Assembly (NCBI GenBank): GCA_034189385.1
Contig: JAXHVD010000030.1
Span: 1-44,649, forward strand
Direction: 5' to 3'
DNA length: 44,649 nucleotides
Source of the DNA: Thermodesulfobacteriota bacterium
GTDB taxonomy: Bacteria; Desulfobacterota; Desulfobacteria; Desulfobacterales; C00003060
Part shown: piece by piece, positions 18,050-28,130 of the stretch
Layout of the letters: every line of letters begins with the position of its first letter
Position numbering within the stretch: the first letter of the stretch is position 1
Notes under the pieces: generated by a model
Database searches by the model: none
The model's input: only the letters and a program-made list of their open reading frames with translations
What the model was told of the DNA's origin: nothing
Program-made: the position numbers and the translations under genes

Positions 18050-18934
18050 ATGACCGACAAGAATAGTCAACACAGGGGGCAGGGCGATTCAGGGATGAAG
18101 CGAACCTGTCTCAAAGCCACTGCCAGGTTGGCCGCTCTCTTCTGTCGCCTTTCCCTGTCACCGGAGCCTTATGTCGCTCAGAAGATGGACCTCTTGGTGG
18201 ATTATGCGGTACGCATACGGAAAAAGAGCGATGTGTGGATATCTTCTTACCCACGTTCGGGGAACGGATGGGTGCGGGCTATGCTCTACGAGGTCCTCAC
18301 GGGGAGTGACCCCCTGGACCGCCCCCATCAAGCGCACGGCCAGGTTCTTCCAGACATACACGGCGGATATATCGACTCAAGTCAAATCCCCGATTATCTG
18401 GATGTTCGCTTCTTTAAGAGCCATTTCCATTTCTCCAGGGTCTTTCCTCGAATCATATATCTGGTCCGAGATCCTGTTGACTCGATCTACTCCTTATACG
18501 TGAGGGCAGCCAAGAAGAGAGGACGAGAAATGGCACCGGACCGGTTTATCAGAGATTTCTATCTGAAGGGGCTCTTTCGTTATTGGGATGCCCATGTCCT
18601 TTCCTATCTGACAGCTCCTTACGACGAAAGGCGGATCATGGTGCTCCGATATGAGGATATACTAGCCGACCCGGTAAAGGCCCTGAGCGAAATCATCGCC
18701 TTTTCAGGGACAGCTCATGTGGCCAAATCTCCTCAAAAGGTAGGTCCCAGGCACATCGACAAGTTCTTACTCAAACGGGACGTGGATGTTCAAAACAGGA
18801 CATACCATGAAAAGACGGACCTGTTGCGTTCACTGCAGCTAAACAAAACACCGGATAGCTTCCTTGCCCTGCTGCGCAGAGGGACTCAGAGATCACAATT
18901 GTGGCCTCTTCGTCAATGGTTGGGCTACGGATGA
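18050..18934 (+). CDS. Sulfotransferase (PAPS-dependent)
   Basis: SSYPRSGNGW (5'-PSB), KSH, YLVRDPVDSIYS (3'-PB), LRYED. The start may be the downstream ATG. Confidence 0.88.
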   Translation: MTDKNSQHRGQGDSGMKRTCLKATARLAALFCRLSLSPEPYVAQKMDLLVDYAVRIRKKSDVWISSYPRSGNGWVRAMLYEVLTGSDPLDRPHQAHGQVLPDIHGGYIDSSQIPDYLDVRFFKSHFHFSRVFPRIIYLVRDPVDSIYSLYVRAAKKRGREMAPDRFIRDFYLKGLFRYWDAHVLSYLTAPYDERRIMVLRYEDILADPVKALSEIIAFSGTAHVAKSPQKVGPRHIDKFLLKRDVDVQNRTYHEKTDLLRSLQLNKTPDSFLALLRRGTQRSQLWPLRQWLGYG

Positions 18935-19080
18935 AAGGAAACGGGCACGGCTGAGCCACCTCGATAACATCTAATGTTTCGCCGAATGCACCATCCTCCC
19001 TGCCATTCTGCTTGGTCTCTACTGATAGTCCCCGTGCTGAGGCAGAAGATGAGATTGGCATCACCAAAGGGGGTACAGCT

Positions 19081-20403
19081 GTGACGCCCTTGAAGATCTT
19101 CGTCGTTGATCGCGTTCCATTAGCGAACAAAGGGGAGGAAGCGATCATTCGTGGTATTGAAGACCTCCTGGCAGATAAAGAGAGGCCCATTGAATTGGCG
19201 GTCTTTGACCGTACAGACAAAACATACCGTTTGGGCAACATAACGGCGTTCCCTGTCACTTGGGCCTTTTATGACTGGGGGTGGCTGTCCCGGAGAGCGA
19301 CCTCCTTTGTGACGCGATACATAAAGGCAGGAAAACGGAAGGCACTCATCTATTGGAGAAGTCTAAGGATCCGCTACGGCCTTCTCGGACCTTACGGTAG
19401 GATTGCCGCGTCAAGAGATGGGCTTCATGCTGAGATGGCCCAATTCTTCGCGGCCGCCGATTACGTTTTGGTTGGGCACGACGGTTTGTTCAATTTCGAG
19501 CATTGCGGCATACTCAGCGTTGCAAAACAGAAAGGGAAGCGAAGCGGCGTACTTGGGGCCGGCGGCAAGGGCTTCCGGCCGAGAAATGGCCTCGTTGCAG
19601 CCGTCTACCGTCAAGCTGTTCGGGAATCGGATTTCTTTGTCGTTAGGGAACGGGGCGCCTACGAAGAACTGGCCCGCATCGGATGTGATATGAATCGCGT
19701 CAGATTGGCCCCCGACCCGGCCTTTGCCATGAAACCTTCAAGTCGACAAGAGGTGGAAGCTCTCCTGTCCGAAAAACCCTGGTTCCACCGTGCCAGAGAA
19801 GAAGGAAAGCTCATCCTCGGGATAACGGTCTCACATAAGGAGATCTTACTGAAGAAGCCTTTTGCTCACGGGCAAAGCCGAGATGAGAGAATCCGATTGC
19901 ACACCGAGTACCTTGCCCAAATATACAATGATATCATGGAGAAAGGGCATGTCTTCCTGGTCTTTCTTCCCCACAGCCTGGAAGGTGGTGCCAGAAATGA
20001 TCTGGCCGCAGCAAAGGGGGTTGCTTCTCTGCTTAAGGCATCCCAGGATTCCTTTTGCGTGCTGGAAGATGATCTTCCGGCAAGGACATGGAAGGGCATT
20101 ATCGGCGAACTCGACTTTCTCGTAGGTCAGCGCGCCCACTCCTTGATCGGCAGTGCGGCTGTTGCGACGCCTTTTGTTGCCCTCACGGCCAGCAATGATC
20201 GCCGCACCCACGACATTTTGGGCGACATGTGCGGCTGTGAAGCTCAAATGGTGAATATGGACGAGTGTGACCCGGAACATGCGGCAGAACGTATCTTGCA
20301 GTCTCTAGACAATCGCAAGGCACTTCGCTCGCACTTGGCCTTGAAGATGAATGAATTCACGGAGGCTCTTGAAGAAATCAGAAGGCTGGTGAAAGGCCTG
20401 TGA
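19081..20403 (+). CDS. Polysaccharide pyruvyltransferase family protein (WcaK-like)
   Basis: NKGEEAI, VRERGAY, APDPAF and GQRAHSLIGS. Confidence 0.88.
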   Translation: MTPLKIFVVDRVPLANKGEEAIIRGIEDLLADKERPIELAVFDRTDKTYRLGNITAFPVTWAFYDWGWLSRRATSFVTRYIKAGKRKALIYWRSLRIRYGLLGPYGRIAASRDGLHAEMAQFFAAADYVLVGHDGLFNFEHCGILSVAKQKGKRSGVLGAGGKGFRPRNGLVAAVYRQAVRESDFFVVRERGAYEELARIGCDMNRVRLAPDPAFAMKPSSRQEVEALLSEKPWFHRAREEGKLILGITVSHKEILLKKPFAHGQSRDERIRLHTEYLAQIYNDIMEKGHVFLVFLPHSLEGGARNDLAAAKGVASLLKASQDSFCVLEDDLPARTWKGIIGELDFLVGQRAHSLIGSAAVATPFVALTASNDRRTHDILGDMCGCEAQMVNMDECDPEHAAERILQSLDNRKALRSHLALKMNEFTEALEEIRRLVKGL

Positions 20404-20485
20404 AAGCCTACGGTGACCGACCTGCATTGGGCTCCCGCCATAGCGCGTGCTGGCAAATGACAGTCCGTACTGCCTTGGAGCAGTC

Positions 20486-21361
20486 ATGATATCGTACAGG
20501 GACCCAATCATTGCCCCCTATACCTCCATGAAGATTGGCGGGGTGGTATCTAACCTCTATATCCCCGAAAGTGAATCAGAGCTCATTGACTTGCTTCGGT
20601 CTGAGCATACCAGCGATACGAACGTCTGTGTCCTCGGGCACGGCTCAAACACAATATTCGATGATCATTTGGATAACTACACTGTCATCAACACAAAAAA
20701 AGCGTGCCCAGCAATCGAATTGCGAGAGAGGGTGGGACCGCTATTCTTTCGAAGATATCGTGTCTATGCTGGTGCCAGCGTGCCGCTCCAAGGGCTCATT
20801 CGGTTTTGCGCTAAGAACAATCTCGAGGCGCCTGCATACCTTTATAGCGTGCCTGGAAATGTGGGTGGTTCCGTTGTCACGAACGCCGGCAAGGGAGAGA
20901 AGGATGGAAGATCGATCTCTGATTTCATTACTAGCGTGGCAGTCTTCGACGGAAATAGACTAAGGCACCTGGAGAAGAAAGAGTGCCAGTTTGCATTTCG
21001 GGACTCCATTTTTCAAAAAGAGAGGTGGGTCGTCCTTGGCGCCATGTTTGAGATGAAGTCGTCACCAGGTCGTAAGACCATGGCACAGGTGAGAGAGAGA
21101 ATGGCCTTTGTGAAGCGAACGCAGGACCGATCGCATCCCAACGCGGGCAGTGTGTTCAAGCGAGGCTTTCGCAAGATGCCAGAACTAATGGGATTTCAAA
21201 TCGGGAATGCCGCCTTTTCAAAGAAGACGCCCAATTGGATACTCAATCTGGGTGGAGCAACTGCAAGGGATGTGAAAGACCTCATAGCCCATGCCCGCCG
21301 CCTCCACGAAACAAGGGGGTACGGCCGACCAAAAGTGGAATTGCACATCAAATCAGATTAG
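20486..21361 (+). CDS. MurB-like FAD-dependent enolpyruvyl reductase
   Basis: YTSMKIGG, LGHGSN, VPGNVGGSVVTNAG, FAFRDSIF, PNAGSVFK and ILNLGGATARDV. Confidence 0.88.
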   Translation: MISYRDPIIAPYTSMKIGGVVSNLYIPESESELIDLLRSEHTSDTNVCVLGHGSNTIFDDHLDNYTVINTKKACPAIELRERVGPLFFRRYRVYAGASVPLQGLIRFCAKNNLEAPAYLYSVPGNVGGSVVTNAGKGEKDGRSISDFITSVAVFDGNRLRHLEKKECQFAFRDSIFQKERWVVLGAMFEMKSSPGRKTMAQVRERMAFVKRTQDRSHPNAGSVFKRGFRKMPELMGFQIGNAAFSKKTPNWILNLGGATARDVKDLIAHARRLHETRGYGRPKVELHIKSD

Positions 21362-21668
21362 GCGCCCTTGGAATAACACCATGAAGGCAACCAGACACTC
21401 ATTACTGGTTTTGGCCGAGGCGCTGCCCTTTCCTGCCGAATCTCCTGCGGAGACATCCCCATGTCCGCTCTCCGCATGATGAGACCCAGACGTATCATAA
21501 GAGAAGAAGAATGAATCTGTGCCTGCTCCTATCAACCGATCTTAAAAGCTTCTTCTCGAACAACCTTCTCCGGAAGCGCAAGAGATAGTGTTGCTGTGAA
21601 GTATCCTAGATGCGCCCCCCCATCGGGATAGCAAGTATGCTGAAGGCCTTCAACATGCGGGTGGAAAC

Positions 21669-22502
21669 ATGAGATTAACGGCGCTATTAGACAAAGAAAA
21701 ACAGGCCAAATATCTGTCGATCATTAAGAAGAAGATTACACACTCAACCACCCAACCCGTCCCAACAGTCCCGGTTTTTGTATTCGGACAACAACGTTCG
21801 GGTACCAGCATGTTGATGTTTTCTTTCCATTTCCATCCGGATACCGAGGTTTTTGATGAGAGCAGCAACAACAAGGCCTTCCTTGGTCACCGCATTCGGA
21901 GCTTCAAAGCTATTGAGGAACTTGTGCGACATAGCAGATTCCCCTTTGCATGCTTCAAGCCCTTAGCTGACAGCCATTTGATAAGAGAGTTCATCCTGCA
22001 ATCTCCTGAGGGCCGGTTCATTTGGATGTATAGAGATTTTCGAGACGTTGCCAACTCATATCTCAGGAGATTCACAAATCCGACCCGCGCAATAAGAATA
22101 GTGTGCAACAATCATACAGGTGGGGGATGGTTCCAGGAAGGGATTTCGATGGAGACCGCTGAAGAACTGAGGCGCTTCACTTCCCCCGGACTATCGGAAT
22201 TTGATTTCGCATGTTTGGCCTGGTGGGCGCGCAACAGGATATTTCTGGAAAACGACCTCCATTCTCAGCCAAACATAGTACTGCTCAAGTATGAAGACAT
22301 CGTGAGCAATCCAGAGGGCTCTTTCAGTTCACTATTCAGGTTTGTCGGGCTCCAACCTTTTGAGAAATGCTACAAGCATATTCATAGAAAGTCCATTGCC
22401 AAGAACAGGTATGAAGGTATTACACCAGCAGTCAGAGAGCTCTGCGAGGATCTCCTAAAGAGGCTCGATCTGCTTAGATATCAACCCGACGTCTTACGCT
22501 GA
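21669..22502 (+). CDS. Sulfotransferase family protein
   Basis: FVFGQQRSGTSML, WMYRDFRDVANS and LKYEDIV. Confidence 0.85.
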   Translation: MRLTALLDKEKQAKYLSIIKKKITHSTTQPVPTVPVFVFGQQRSGTSMLMFSFHFHPDTEVFDESSNNKAFLGHRIRSFKAIEELVRHSRFPFACFKPLADSHLIREFILQSPEGRFIWMYRDFRDVANSYLRRFTNPTRAIRIVCNNHTGGGWFQEGISMETAEELRRFTSPGLSEFDFACLAWWARNRIFLENDLHSQPNIVLLKYEDIVSNPEGSFSSLFRFVGLQPFEKCYKHIHRKSIAKNRYEGITPAVRELCEDLLKRLDLLRYQPDVLR

Positions 22503-22634
22503 TGGCGCGGGCTGGTGATGGCATGAATGCGCTTCACACATGCATCCACAGAAGCGGATATTCCATAAGAGGTGAATACTTTGTTCTGAAGTCGAAGTAA
22601 CTGGCCCGCTATAGTTCACTCTGAGAGCCTCAAA

Positions 22635-23741
22635 ATGGATTTGTCACTAATGCGCCAGAATATACGGGGTTGGCTTGAACTCCTCCATGCAGACCTGGAT
22701 AGCGGCCGGTTCCGCTTCTGTCTGAAGGGGAATCTGGTCCCAATAGAGGAGCACTCCGCACACTTCACTACCATCTTCGCCATGAGGATTGCCTGGTGTC
22801 TCGGTCTTTGGGATGAGTGGCCGAATGACCGAAAGGATGCCTGCATTGCTTTTGTGAAGTCCTTTCAGGGCTCGAAGGGGTATTTTAGCGATCCTTGGCT
22901 GCTATCAACGATTAGGCGTCCCTGGAAGAAGTATCTCGGTGCCATGCTCGGGCGGGCTAAGCTACCGCAACGGCTTTCCGTTCTCAGAGAGAATGCCCTC
23001 AAGGCAGAGACGAGGCAGTCAGCGACCACGCTGGCCATGGTCCATGAAGTGCCGAACCACAAGTTGCCAACGGAGTTGACTTCAAGGGAATCGATAGACA
23101 CCTTTTTCAGATCCAAAGACTGGACAGATCCATGGAGTAGCTGCAGTCACTTGTCCCACCAACTGACCTTTCTGGCAATAAACAGGGCTGTCTATGGCGA
23201 ATCGAGCAACTATGATAGGCTAGTGGATCACATTCTCTTCAGGCTGAACGAAATGCGGAACCCTCAAACCGGTGGCTGGTACAAGGGAAACCCCAGACCC
23301 AGTATTATTCTGAATGGCGCTATGAAGGTCTTTTCCGGCCTTCAGTGGATTGACAGGCCATACCCGGATTGCTCAAAGCTCCTTGATTTTGCCTTGGAGC
23401 AGCCATTCAATTGTCACGGCTGCGAATATCTGAACCACCTTTTTGTCCTTTTCCACTGTCTCAAAGGAACGGACGCAAATGACAGGGCTCATGACGTCCT
23501 GAAAGTGTCGGCAGAGGCCGCAAGGCTTGTCCCTCGATTCTCAAGAGATGACGGGGCATTTTCGTTTTACGCCGATAGAGCTTCCAGCAACTATTACGGA
23601 GCTAAGGTAAGCAAAGGGCTGGCCGAAAGCGATCTACACGGCACAATGATGGTGACATGGGGCTTGGCTGTGATTGAACAAATCCAAAGGCGTCTTGATG
23701 GCGGCCCGGTCAAAAACCAGTTTTCCTTGTTTCTGAATTGA
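22635..23741 (+). CDS. Hypothetical protein, possibly an alpha/alpha-toroid (prenyltransferase-repeat-like) fold
   Basis: Repeated motifs FVKSFQGSKGYF, MRNPQTGGW and FSRDDGAFSF. Confidence 0.6.
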   Translation: MDLSLMRQNIRGWLELLHADLDSGRFRFCLKGNLVPIEEHSAHFTTIFAMRIAWCLGLWDEWPNDRKDACIAFVKSFQGSKGYFSDPWLLSTIRRPWKKYLGAMLGRAKLPQRLSVLRENALKAETRQSATTLAMVHEVPNHKLPTELTSRESIDTFFRSKDWTDPWSSCSHLSHQLTFLAINRAVYGESSNYDRLVDHILFRLNEMRNPQTGGWYKGNPRPSIILNGAMKVFSGLQWIDRPYPDCSKLLDFALEQPFNCHGCEYLNHLFVLFHCLKGTDANDRAHDVLKVSAEAARLVPRFSRDDGAFSFYADRASSNYYGAKVSKGLAESDLHGTMMVTWGLAVIEQIQRRLDGGPVKNQFSLFLN

Positions 23742-23747
23742 GTCTTC

Positions 23748-24866
23748 ATGCGAATAGTATTTAACACGAAAAAACGCCATGCTCCTGCGTCGGCCTTTTA
23801 CCTCAATGCCCTCAGGAAGTTGGACAATATTCGCACCTTCGACTGGGAGGATTACAGCAGGTATGACATTGCCCTGTTCATGACCTATGAGGAAGATTTG
23901 GCTGACCTGAAGGCGGCCAAGGAGAGACATTCGGATCTGCTCGTTGGTCTTATAGACCCGAGGGGCCGTCAGACTCTCCCATACATGGAGTACGTGGATT
24001 TCCTCATCATCGACAGCATCGAGATGAAGGACTTCTTCTCCTTTCTACAGAAGCCCATGTTCATGTATCATGAGTACCCTGAAATACCTGTCGTGCAAAA
24101 GTCCCCGTCAAAGAGGGGCCGGATTGTCCTCGGGTATCATGGCAATAGAACGCATCTTCTTTCTATGTATCCAAATATCACCGGTGCCATTGACCTGTTG
24201 GGCGAGCAGTACGATATGGAGTTCTGGGCCGTTTATAATATCAAGCGGGATGGAGAATCGGCTTCTGGGCTTCCACGTAAGGTCCCCGTAAAACATATAC
24301 AATGGCATGAAGAGGTTTATCAGGACGTGCTGGCCCAAGTAGATATCGGCATTGCCCCCGGACTCGTTCCCATCGAGAGTCTTGCCGAGACAAAGAGAAG
24401 CGTCAGGAGTCCGAAGCACCTTGTTCCCGGCGAAGACGACTACCTGATAAGATTCAAGATGCCCTCTAATGCCGGCAGGCTTATTGTTTTCGGTTTACTG
24501 GGCCTTCCCGTGGTCTCTGATTTCCTCCCGTCATACATGCAGGTCATCAAAGACGGGGAAAACGGCCTCTTGGCATACAGCTCCGGTGGCTGGTACAGAG
24601 CACTTGAAGCACTGATAACCAGTGCGGATTACCGGCTCGAGCTGGGACGACGTCTCCAGGAGACCGTGGTGACGCGGTTTGGTTTTCCGCAGCAGAACAA
24701 GTCTTTTCTCGCCTTCTGTGAGGGCCTGCTTGCGGATCATAGGCCCAAAGAGAGCCTGCCATTCGGCCCTGACAGCGACGGCATGTCCCGCAGGTTGGAT
24801 AGGGGCGGGGAAAGGCTAAGGTACGCTCTGCGAAGATTCAAGAGAGCGCTTTTCAAGGTAATATGA
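23748..24866 (+). CDS. Glycosyltransferase (GT-B, GT4-like)
   Basis: LGYHGN, DIGIAP, LGLPVVSD and IKDGENGLLA. Confidence 0.8.
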   Translation: MRIVFNTKKRHAPASAFYLNALRKLDNIRTFDWEDYSRYDIALFMTYEEDLADLKAAKERHSDLLVGLIDPRGRQTLPYMEYVDFLIIDSIEMKDFFSFLQKPMFMYHEYPEIPVVQKSPSKRGRIVLGYHGNRTHLLSMYPNITGAIDLLGEQYDMEFWAVYNIKRDGESASGLPRKVPVKHIQWHEEVYQDVLAQVDIGIAPGLVPIESLAETKRSVRSPKHLVPGEDDYLIRFKMPSNAGRLIVFGLLGLPVVSDFLPSYMQVIKDGENGLLAYSSGGWYRALEALITSADYRLELGRRLQETVVTRFGFPQQNKSFLAFCEGLLADHRPKESLPFGPDSDGMSRRLDRGGERLRYALRRFKRALFKVI

Positions 24867-25870
24867 AGATCTACATTCATTACAAGATTACTGAAAGGCC
24901 ATGGGGAGGCGGCAATTCATTTCTGAAGGGGTTCAGGGACTACTGTCACGCAAACAGCATCCCCCTGGCAAAGGCCATTAACGACCCCTACGACATTCTC
25001 TTCTTTAATGGCGCTCACATGGCCCCGGGCAGGTGCCTCGATTTGACAGAGCTTATTCAGCAAAAATACCATGGTTCCTCGGGATGGGCCAGGCGTTTTC
25101 GTAGAAGAGCAGCGGCCAAATTGTTGGTCTACCGTGCAGATGGCTTTAGACACCATTACGCCCAACTGGACAGAGACAAGGCGGATTGTGTTCAACGCGC
25201 CGCTTTGCAGCTTGCAGATCATGTGGTTTTTCAGAACAGGTATACGCTCAATCTGGCCCGAAGCAAACATGTGGGGTTCCACAACGACAATTACTCCATA
25301 GTATACAATGGCGTGGATCAGAAACTCTTCAAGCTCAAGGAGGGTGCCTTCTGGGACGGGAAACGACGGCTCCGTGTCTTTTCTAGCAACTGGTCAGCGA
25401 ATCTTAACAAGGGCTTCCGCGAGTTGGCTCAGTTTTCCGAAATCGAGGAAGTGCGTGTTACGTTCTGTGGTAATTGGCCTCACGGCCAGGTTGATGAGAA
25501 GAATGTCAAGGTTCTTGGGCCCATGGCCCAGGATAGGCTGGCAGAGGAATACACAAAGCACGACGTTTTTCTGCATGTATCCAAGAACGACTCGTCGCCG
25601 AATGTATGCTTAGAGGCACTTTCGTGTGGCTTGCCTATCATATATCACGCCAGTGCAGGTATTGGCGAGGTTGCAGGTGGTTGTGGCCTCGTTTACAACG
25701 ACATGGACCACTTGAAGACCCTCCAGGATGTGTATGAAAACTACGATAGACTTGTTGAGAACATACTGGAGCGGAGAAGTAACTTTTCTATGGAAAGATG
25801 TGGTAGGGAATACGCAGAGGTCTTTCGATCCCTCCTCGTAAAACGGGGGGGAGACACTGTCTCCGCATAG
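24863..25870 (+). CDS. Glycosyltransferase family 4
   Basis: PWGGGNSF, VYNGVD and DSSPNVCLEALSCGLP. Confidence 0.88.
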   Translation: MKIYIHYKITERPWGGGNSFLKGFRDYCHANSIPLAKAINDPYDILFFNGAHMAPGRCLDLTELIQQKYHGSSGWARRFRRRAAAKLLVYRADGFRHHYAQLDRDKADCVQRAALQLADHVVFQNRYTLNLARSKHVGFHNDNYSIVYNGVDQKLFKLKEGAFWDGKRRLRVFSSNWSANLNKGFRELAQFSEIEEVRVTFCGNWPHGQVDEKNVKVLGPMAQDRLAEEYTKHDVFLHVSKNDSSPNVCLEALSCGLPIIYHASAGIGEVAGGCGLVYNDMDHLKTLQDVYENYDRLVENILERRSNFSMERCGREYAEVFRSLLVKRGGDTVSA

Positions 25871-25872
25871 GA

Positions 25873-27189
25873 GTGGGACGACTGACGACCGGAGAATACC
25901 CATCGAAAAGGTTCTATGATTTCAACACGCTGTTGTTGTGTGCCATCCTCTTCCTGGAATTTGTGCCGATTCCTAAGCTCCCGGTTATACGACTTGCCCC
26001 GAACAACATCCTCTACGCCGTTGGGATTACTGTCATAGTATTTCATCTGCATACCGTCTTACAGAACAAGTCCCTGCTCATCCTTGTTTCCATATTGATC
26101 TTCTATGCACTCCTGAAAAATGCGCTTTTCTATTTCAGAGGACAGAGCATTGAGACTTTCGGGGCCTTGATCAGATGCGTGGTCCTGGTAGAACTGATCA
26201 ATATCGCCTGCAACAGTGATGAAAGGATTCGTTTCATTCTCAAGTACTTCTTGCTTCTATGCGGGTTTTCAGTCCTTTTTGGGCTCCTCGTCTATTTCTT
26301 TGGCAGTCCCTTTGCGGATATAAGAAACGCCTTGCGAGCGACCATGGGACAGGCTGGAAAGGCCATATCAGCGGGCAGTCAACTGACGGGTCTTCACGAG
26401 ATCCCCCACATATTCGGGTATTATCTCGCCTCCACTCCCATTATGACTCTGGGTCTGCTGCTCACCTCCAGGAAGACCATATGGACGGTTCTTCTGGCAT
26501 TCCTGCTTGTAGGCCTGTTCCTGAACGCGGAACGCTCGGCCATTCTGGCCAATGTATGCGTCTTCGCCATCTGGATCTGGTTTGACCGTCGAAACAGACG
26601 AATGCTCATACGATATGGCGCCCTGACCATGTTCTTTTTGGTCCTCTTTGCTGCCGTCCATCCATATGTGGCGCCCAAGGCACCACTCACCTCGGGCTAC
26701 ACGCGGGGCACATTGACGGAAAGGCTGCAAGCCACCAGCCTGGACGAGGCCCTCGGTCGAATCATGTGGCAGCTCCACGGTATCAGGACAGTACTGAAAC
26801 ATCCCCTCAGAGGCAGCACCCACGAAGACTACATCAGAACGGTACACGACCTGCCGTCCACTAAGACAAACTTGCAGAGATACCAGAAGACACCGGCTCC
26901 GCATAATCATTACATCAACATAGGTATGCACGGGGGAGCTTTGGGATGGCTCCTGCTCTTCTTTTTTGCATGGGTGTTGGTATACAGCCTCTCCAGACGC
27001 ACAAAGGCCCTTTCAAAAGAACAAGCCGGCCTTTACATCTACCAGGGTGTCCTCTTCGGGTTCATGGCAGTGCTGATCAATGCCCTTTTTCACAATGACG
27101 GGATCTTCTTCTATAACACCATGACCTGGTTCTGTATTGCCCTCCTCTTCTCTTACCGAAACATCATGAAGACCGGTTTGAATACCTGA
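25873..27189 (+). CDS. Wzy polymerase / O-antigen ligase family membrane protein
   Basis: Multiple TMs, ERSA, large periplasmic loop, PHNHYINIGMHGG. Confidence 0.85.
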   Translation: MGRLTTGEYPSKRFYDFNTLLLCAILFLEFVPIPKLPVIRLAPNNILYAVGITVIVFHLHTVLQNKSLLILVSILIFYALLKNALFYFRGQSIETFGALIRCVVLVELINIACNSDERIRFILKYFLLLCGFSVLFGLLVYFFGSPFADIRNALRATMGQAGKAISAGSQLTGLHEIPHIFGYYLASTPIMTLGLLLTSRKTIWTVLLAFLLVGLFLNAERSAILANVCVFAIWIWFDRRNRRMLIRYGALTMFFLVLFAAVHPYVAPKAPLTSGYTRGTLTERLQATSLDEALGRIMWQLHGIRTVLKHPLRGSTHEDYIRTVHDLPSTKTNLQRYQKTPAPHNHYINIGMHGGALGWLLLFFFAWVLVYSLSRRTKALSKEQAGLYIYQGVLFGFMAVLINALFHNDGIFFYNTMTWFCIALLFSYRNIMKTGLNT

Positions 27190-28112
27190 TGGGGATAGAC
27201 CAACAGGATATTTACATTCACATCGGTTTGCACAAGACCGGCTCGACCTTTCTCCAGAGACATCTCTTCTCGAGACTTGATGTGAACAGAATCATCACGC
27301 CGAGAGTTGACTATGTTGCAGCGAGTGAGCCCTTTGACCCCCGTGTTTTTCAAGAGATCTTGGTGTCGCAAGGCAATTTTGACGGCCGCGACACCACCCT
27401 GATCAGTCAGGAGACGCTCAGCGGGCGCGGTGACGGGAATCCCGTTTGGGACCGCAATACGATAGCCCAAAGGTTGGCCCACACCTTTCCCAGGGCAAGA
27501 ATCATCCTTGTCTTGAGGAATCAGTTTGACTATATCCTTTCTCTCTATACTTTCCGCGTGATCAGGCGGGGTCTTGAGCGGCGCAGTCTCAGAAGTTATC
27601 TCCGTGATTACTGCGATTCCAGACTGAAGCCCAAGCTGAAGTATGATGAGCTCGTCCAGCGGTATGTTTCTCTCTTCGGGCAGGAGAATGTGCTCGTCCT
27701 CCCCTACGAGTTTCTCGCAAGAGACAGGGTGGCCTACATCCAGAGTATACTCTCCTTCATGTCCATCGGAAACGCCATCGATGTGCCCGATATCAGAGTG
27801 AACAGGAGCTCACGGTCCAGGACCTTGCTGTGGATGAATAGGAGCCTGAATATCCCCGTTTCGCTGTTCATGGATGCCATGGCATCTACGGGCGTGATCA
27901 GCCAGAGGCAACACACCACGCTCGCCTATCATTATTTCAGGATAAAGAGGCCCGTCAACCGGAAGCTGATGAGCTGCTTGGCGAGGGAATCGGCTCCCCT
28001 GCAGTTTGACGGGAAATGGCGGGTGCGTCTGCGTCGTGTTTTCAGGGATGGAAACAGGAGCCTGAGCCGCCTGACTGGCATAGACTTTTCCGATTACGGA
28101 GATCCTGTCTAG
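27189..28112 (+). CDS. Sulfotransferase family protein
   Basis: HIGLHKTGSTFLQ, ISQETLS and LVLRNQFDYILSLY. Confidence 0.85.
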   Translation: MGIDQQDIYIHIGLHKTGSTFLQRHLFSRLDVNRIITPRVDYVAASEPFDPRVFQEILVSQGNFDGRDTTLISQETLSGRGDGNPVWDRNTIAQRLAHTFPRARIILVLRNQFDYILSLYTFRVIRRGLERRSLRSYLRDYCDSRLKPKLKYDELVQRYVSLFGQENVLVLPYEFLARDRVAYIQSILSFMSIGNAIDVPDIRVNRSSRSRTLLWMNRSLNIPVSLFMDAMASTGVISQRQHTTLAYHYFRIKRPVNRKLMSCLARESAPLQFDGKWRVRLRRVFRDGNRSLSRLTGIDFSDYGDPV

Positions 28113-28130
28113 GATCGACTCCCTTACGAC

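Noticed and set aside
20486..21361. Housekeeping murB of a cell-wall cluster
   Set aside because: No mur/fts neighbours, and it is embedded in an EPS operon; treated as a paralogue.
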